Positions 58,918-64,000 of a DNA stretch of 64,000 bases are shown here, in pieces (the first letter of the stretch is position 1; every line of letters starts with the position of its first letter). Below the pieces are notes generated by a model. The model ran no database searches. It saw only the letters and a program-made list of their open reading frames with translations, and had not been told where the DNA came from. Source of the stretch: a virus (lineage: Duplodnaviria > Caudoviricetes). Made by a program: the position numbers and the translations under genes. The stretch spans positions 84,095 to 148,094 of the IMG/VR virus record IMGVR_UViG_3300021255_002065; one strand, 5' to 3'.

Positions 58918-61278
58918 TCAACTATCGATGTCCGCTTGTGTCCACTTGAAGTTCATCAGTATCTCTTTTCTTGCAAGAACATTGTCTTTGGACTTACCTA
59001 CAAGAGCACCCATCTTTTCATATGCGAGTGCATCTTCGATGGTAACACGCATAAGTCTGCGAGTACGAGGGTCCATGACAACTTCACGCAGTACTTCGGG
59101 GTCCGAGGAACCCAAGCCTTTATAACGGCCAGTGATTCTTGGATACATATCTTCAATCTCTTCAAAGAAGTGACTCAATTCAGATTGTCTTGAAAGATTC
59201 TTCTTGAGAGATTCATATTTGACAATTAAACCATATTTATCCTGAATTCTGATAATATCGGACAAATCATTTACAAGTTCATCGTCAATCAATACATATT
59301 GGTCGATATAATCAATTACTGCAGTCACCTGATTGGTATTATGGTCAAATCCGATCTCCTTATATATCGGAGCAATGGACTTCAACCATTTGTCCACATT
59401 CTTAATGAAACCATTCGCAGTTTTATACTGGGCTAAACCATATGCAATATGCTCCAATAGATATCGATTGACACTACGTTTGATGGAGATTCCACGTAAC
59501 GTATCTGCATAATTGAATGCTTCGGTTACAAAGTCTTTGATGGATGTGTGGTTGTTTGGTTGTTGCATAAAACGAATCTGCAAATCACCAATCGACTGAA
59601 TACAAGATTGGATATACTCAGTCTGTGTCGCAACATACGAAATTGACTTCCCACGAGTCAACTGATACAATGGGGGTTCTGCAATATACAGCTTTCCAGC
59701 TCTAATGATTTCCGGTAAGAATCTAAGGAAAAATGTCATGTGTTCCACACGGATGTGATATCCATCAATATCTGCATCTGTTGCAATAATGATTTTATCA
59801 AACTTCAGTTTCTTAATATCAAAGGTTGGACCAACACCACATTCCAGAATTGGAATCAGATTCTTCCATGAATCAGAGTTAATGGTCTTGAGTGCGTCTC
59901 CCTCATATGGGTTGAGATTCTTACCACGGAACATGAGAATGCCTTGCCAAGGATATCGGCTACCATTTACACCACCAGCAGCAGAGTCTCCCTCGACAAG
60001 ATAAAGCTCTTTGGGATGTTCGGTTTTGGCAGATGTGGGTGGAATATACTTCTCAGTCTGTTGCCATTTCTTCTTGACACGTGTGGCTTTTGATAAATCA
60101 CGTGCTTGTTCACCTGCGATACGAGCACGATGGTTTCCAAGAATGGCTTCTACGATAGAAGCGACAGCAGAATGATTGTCTTTCTTGAGTTGCTCATAAC
60201 AAGCTTGTTCGATTGCTTTACCGAGGTCCGAATGCAATACAGCATGTTTGGACTGACTGGAAAACATTAGTGCAATATCACAGTCTGCTTTCACGACAAT
60301 CTGGAGATGGGATAAAATGTCCTTCCTCAAATCTTCACCAGCAAGCCTCTTATTACGCTTTACACATTCTTCTGTGATGAACTTGATAAATCCCTTCATT
60401 ACACCATCTAAATGTGAGCCATTTTGAGGAGTATATATCATATTCATCCATGACCTACGAACATCCTCATCTTTATATTTTTCCGGATTAGCATATAACA
60501 ATGCACATTCAACCTTAAATTTTCTATGATAAGCTTTTTCTTCAAGAAACTCATCAAGATTCCCAGAGAACACCGTTGACAGAACAGATGTCAGTCTGGC
60601 TTCGGACGGGATGTCATTGTCAAAATATTCACGCAAGAATTTATGATGAACATAATATTCCTTTCCATTTACTTTATAACATACTTTTATTTTCGGGCTA
60701 AGAAGATAATCAAAATCCTTAAGCCAATCCACAACCATGTCTACTGGAATCTTATCACTCCCCATAATAAGCTTTGATGGCATATATGTGACATCAAAAC
60801 CGTGTTCATTACCGTTATATTCTTCAAGAACTCTATTAACTAATTCTGCTTCTTTATAAATCAATGTCAGTCTCTTCTTTTCTTGAGGACGTGTAGACAC
60901 GATTTTTAGATACGACGACAGTGCCAAGAGGCACGCACTCGCCGCACCATTCTCCCCACGAGTAGTTCCTCCTGACCTGACCATATTAGAACCGGCTTGA
61001 AGAGTTTCAAATACTTCTTGAACAATGTCTGTTGGAATACCTCTACCATTGTCATATACTCGAATAGCTTTATTGTTAAGCTCTATTGTAAATGCATCGC
61101 ATGGCGATTGTTCCTTTAATGCTTCATCAGATGCATTGTCAATCAACTCTTTACAGAGATGGAATATACCTGCTTCACCAATAGCAGAAACATACATTGT
61201 CACCCTGGCTCTTATTTTAGCAATATCGGAATGAATAATCTTATACTTATCATCCTTGAACTGTTTTCCTGTGCTCAT
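58918..61278 (-). CDS. gyrB: Type IIA topoisomerase / DNA gyrase subunit B
   Basis: IRARVTMY, ELIDNASDE, DNGRGIP (GHKL); LVEGDSA, RGKNLN, TDADIDGYHI (Toprim); RYKGLG. Start MSTGK after GGAGGT. Confidence 0.92.
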   Translation of the reverse strand: MSTGKQFKDDKYKIIHSDIAKIRARVTMYVSAIGEAGIFHLCKELIDNASDEALKEQSPCDAFTIELNNKAIRVYDNGRGIPTDIVQEVFETLQAGSNMVRSGGTTRGENGAASACLLALSSYLKIVSTRPQEKKRLTLIYKEAELVNRVLEEYNGNEHGFDVTYMPSKLIMGSDKIPVDMVVDWLKDFDYLLSPKIKVCYKVNGKEYYVHHKFLREYFDNDIPSEARLTSVLSTVFSGNLDEFLEEKAYHRKFKVECALLYANPEKYKDEDVRRSWMNMIYTPQNGSHLDGVMKGFIKFITEECVKRNKRLAGEDLRKDILSHLQIVVKADCDIALMFSSQSKHAVLHSDLGKAIEQACYEQLKKDNHSAVASIVEAILGNHRARIAGEQARDLSKATRVKKKWQQTEKYIPPTSAKTEHPKELYLVEGDSAAGGVNGSRYPWQGILMFRGKNLNPYEGDALKTINSDSWKNLIPILECGVGPTFDIKKLKFDKIIIATDADIDGYHIRVEHMTFFLRFLPEIIRAGKLYIAEPPLYQLTRGKSISYVATQTEYIQSCIQSIGDLQIRFMQQPNNHTSIKDFVTEAFNYADTLRGISIKRSVNRYLLEHIAYGLAQYKTANGFIKNVDKWLKSIAPIYKEIGFDHNTNQVTAVIDYIDQYVLIDDELVNDLSDIIRIQDKYGLIVKYESLKKNLSRQSELSHFFEEIEDMYPRITGRYKGLGSSDPEVLREVVMDPRTRRLMRVTIEDALAYEKMGALVGKSKDNVLARKEILMNFKWTQADIDS

Positions 61279-62329
61279 TTTCATATACCTCCACTTGATA
61301 AATACCGTATTTGTCAAATATTTCATCGACCTTCGTTTCCAGTTCCAACCATTCCTCTTCTGTGAATTTTTGTGGGCTCATCCATTTATCGGACAAATCT
61401 GGAAATTCTACTCCAGTCTGTTTCATTAACGCTTTAAATCTTTTCACATCATCTCGCGAAATCATAGGCAGTCTTCTTCTAATGAGACCAGTGAGATGTG
61501 ATGGTTGAATATCTTTGAGTGTTTCAATGATTTCATATATACATTCTCTTTGATTATCCGTAAACTTTGAACGAGCGTGTTCTTCACCTTTAGGATTAAT
61601 CTCAAGCATTGTGTCAATTGAATGTCTCACATTTTCCTTATTAGTTACAAATTCTAGATTCTTCAAATGATTATGTGTTGTATTTCCATCAATATGATTA
61701 ACTTGCAAATCCTTATGATATCCAGGTAATCTGAATGAAAAAGCTAACAGTCGATGGAGCCGAGCTCTCTTTCTATACAGCTTACCGGAACTATCTTCGT
61801 ATTCAAGTGTGCATTTATAATAATTATCACGTCTCACAGTTGGCTCTGTATATATGAGCACATAGTCATTCGAATAAGACGAATATATTCTTCCAAAATT
61901 TGAAATTCGATACAATCCTTTCTTTGGATTAACTATCTCGCCATTTTGCATAGTTATAGGACAAACCAAATCAACCCATTCTTCAATCTCTTCTTCCCAT
62001 TTTAAATTACCAATGTGATTATCTCTGTTATCACCATTTACATGCGTAACTTTAACAGGCTTACCATCCCGCAGTTCTTTTGGAATTCTTAAAAATGTCG
62101 ATGCAACCAGTTCATCAATTGGATATAACACTGGTAAACTTGGTATTCCACATTTCAATGTGATGAATGGGTGATAATCATACCCATTTGTGGAATGATA
62201 TGACGGTTCCATTGGTGGATAGATAAATCCATCACCCTTAATGGATATTCTTCCATATGTTGAGATTAAATAACCTGGAACAATTTCGGGATGTCTCAAT
62301 ATCTCCCATTCTTCCTTCATGTAGTACAT
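61250..62329 (-). mobile_element. Free-standing HNH homing endonuclease with two NUMOD4-HNH modules
   Basis: YLISTYGRI..HVNGDNRDNHIGNL and YRISNFGRI..LHRL..VNHIDGNTTHNHLKNLEFVT..EN; overlaps the gyrB start. Confidence 0.85.
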
Positions 62330-62381
62330 GAGCTACACTCTCCTTTATATGATATTATTCAACCAACAGTCATTCTCTATT

Positions 62382-62403
62382 GGTCAATTTAATCATATAC
62401 ATA
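62382..62403 (-). promoter_or_regulatory. Candidate promoter TATGTATATGATTAAATTGACC for the HNH-gyrB-nvRNAP operon
   Basis: 20/22 identical to 54925-54946; followed by the ACCAATAG/CTGTTGGT hairpin. Confidence 0.6.
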
Positions 62404-62696
62404 TCGTAAGTATGAAATTGTAATTGTAATTTCATAATATAATAGTTATGTCTATTTAGGAATTATTCTGTATATGTTGATAATAATAATAAAAGTTAGA
62501 ATATACATACTATTGACGGGATAATAACGACGGAGGAGTTATTATCCTTATATAATATACAATGTATACAATAAGGAATTAATAATAATATAAAAATAAT
62601 GTACTATATAGATTATTTGATAAATAGATAAGATATATGGTTACATTTCTCGCGACGGAAAATCCTTTACTCTACAAGAAAAAAGAAAGAAAAAAG

Positions 62697-62718
62697 AACC
62701 CGGGCATGTGCCCGGGTT
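62697..62718 (-). terminator. Hairpin AACCCGGGCA-TG-TGCCCGGGTT with a U-rich tail on the - strand
   Basis: Follows the 62729 stop. Confidence 0.75.
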
Positions 62719-62728
62719 ATTAACATTA

Positions 62729-63421
62729 TTACTTTTTTGCATTCACAACATCATACTGCAACTGGACGTAGGAATTCTCAAGAGGTTTACACTGTGTCAG
62801 TTTTAATATGCCGATGTCGGATAAAGTGTGTATGCCGGAACCATCAATGAGTGTGGATGTATTCTTTCCACCAACTAAACATGGGAACATGATAATGTTC
62901 ACTTTGTCAATGAGATGATGTCTGAGGAATACTTCATTGAGTGTACCGCCAGTCTGGATGGTGATTTCTTTACATCCTAATTTCTTGAATTGAGCAAACA
63001 TCCATTCTGGATTAAGTGTACCTGAATAAGATAACATCTTGACATTTTTCAGTTCATTCTGTAAACGATATCCAGGGTGATCGGGATTTGAAGTAACAAT
63101 GACTAATGCTTTTCCTTTCTGAGAGAAATGACGAACCGCTGTCTCTTTCAGATGGTGGTTGTCAATGACAGCAAATGTCACTGGAATTTTGTTTGGCTTC
63201 GGTTTGGGATTGTTTGCTCCAACTTTTGCCAATACTCTACCGGAATTCAGAGACCATAATGCTGTTTCTTGTTCTTCTTCATAATACTGATGAAGTCCTG
63301 AGGAAGGGTCACCTGGAATGTGAGGGATATCTTTATCGACATCCCATTTGTCTGAATCTCCTGTGGAAATCTTTCCATCAAGAGACATCAAAAGGAATAA
63401 TTCTGTGATTGGTCTATTCAT
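62729..63421 (-). CDS. RibD C-terminal / dihydrofolate reductase-fold protein
   Basis: Start MNRP after AAGGAGG; MSLDGKI, IQTGGTLN..FL...LIDKV..FPCLVGG. Confidence 0.8.
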   Translation of the reverse strand: MNRPITELFLLMSLDGKISTGDSDKWDVDKDIPHIPGDPSSGLHQYYEEEQETALWSLNSGRVLAKVGANNPKPKPNKIPVTFAVIDNHHLKETAVRHFSQKGKALVIVTSNPDHPGYRLQNELKNVKMLSYSGTLNPEWMFAQFKKLGCKEITIQTGGTLNEVFLRHHLIDKVNIIMFPCLVGGKNTSTLIDGSGIHTLSDIGILKLTQCKPLENSYVQLQYDVVNAKK

Positions 63422-63446
63422 ATTGGATAACCTCCTTGAATATAAT

Positions 63447-63998
63447 TTATAACTCCCATTTATCAGGTGAGTCCTGAATGGAAGCTGTAAAGTCGGATAT
63501 GATGAGTTGTTCTTCATGGAGTCCAAGTTGTCGTGCTACTTCCACTACTGTACAGAATCTCGGTTTATATTCTGGATACTTCTTAATCATTTCCATGAGC
63601 GGATGGTTCATTTTGATGAGATAATATGCAGTGTATATTCCATCCCGTACCCAGTCTTTTTGGAATTGCATTAGTTCACAATTATCATTGATAGTTTCAA
63701 TATACATTTCACATGCCTGTAATATCCCCATATTAATGATTGATTTCACCTTGGGATCATCTTTGAAATCTTGGTATGATAATGATTCAAGATGTTTACA
63801 TCCATCTGCATCATCAACATGCATCATGATTAAACGGAATATCAAATCGATATATACCCAATCTTTTAATGTTTCTTTAGTTGGAGAGTTTTCTTCAACA
63901 AAATAAGGTGGCTTGGCAGTAATATCAATCATTGTTTCAAGATCACGGATCTCGATATCAATAGATTTCTGTATACAGCATTCTGCATCCCATGAATA
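63447..63998 (-). CDS. Hypothetical protein, 5' end outside the window
   Basis: The frame of the 63447-63932 ORF stays open to the window edge (YSWDAECCIQKSIDIEIRDLET-MIDIT). Confidence 0.6.
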   Translation of the reverse strand, partial: YSWDAECCIQKSIDIEIRDLETMIDITAKPPYFVEENSPTKETLKDWVYIDLIFRLIMMHVDDADGCKHLESLSYQDFKDDPKVKSIINMGILQACEMYIETINDNCELMQFQKDWVRDGIYTAYYLIKMNHPLMEMIKKYPEYKPRFCTVVEVARQLGLHEEQLIISDFTASIQDSPDKWEL

Positions 63999-64000
63999 CG

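Noticed and set aside
61250-62329. Group I intron or intein splitting gyrB
   Set aside because: gyrB is complete from its N-terminal motif onward; no upstream exon or intron core seen
1-64000. Stop-codon reassignment
   Set aside because: Genes are full-length and tightly packed in the standard code, and TAA and TGA both act as stops
1-64000. tRNA or rRNA genes; phage-nucleus shell or tubulin genes; uracil-substituted DNA
   Set aside because: None recognisable in this window; base modification cannot be inferred from this sequence

Overview
64 kb segment of a low-GC jumbo phage of the phiKZ/AR9(PBS1)-related type. Strong AAGGAGG ribosome-binding sites suggest a Bacillota host, and the genetic code is standard. 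All calls are by eye from motifs; no searches were run. 1-29.5 kb (mostly - strand) is a virion module: 5' part of a phiKZ gp181-like tape measure, a paralogous family of head proteins with a shared acidic leader, major capsid protein, prohead protease, a small virion RNAP beta C-terminal subunit, a gp25-like baseplate protein and a Zn-finger/PD-(D/E)xK nuclease. 30.6-42.4 kb is a + strand operon of probable head-packaged enzymes: a 1.3k-aa protein with two permuted NlpC/P60 domains bounded by putative protease sites, an HExxH protein, two tandem minimal protein kinases and two more head paralogs. 43.6-50.8 kb is a fibre cluster. 50.9-64 kb holds two split RNAP beta' C-terminal subunits (virion and non-virion), a BCS1-like AAA ATPase, GyrB, a double HNH endonuclease and a RibD-like reductase. 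Non-coding signals include 11 GC-rich palindromes (mostly with a CATATG-like core), three covarying H-type pseudoknots and a conserved promoter-like motif followed by a 5' hairpin. The best candidate for an undescribed system is leader-directed packaging of kinases and hydrolases into the head, with release by the prohead protease.
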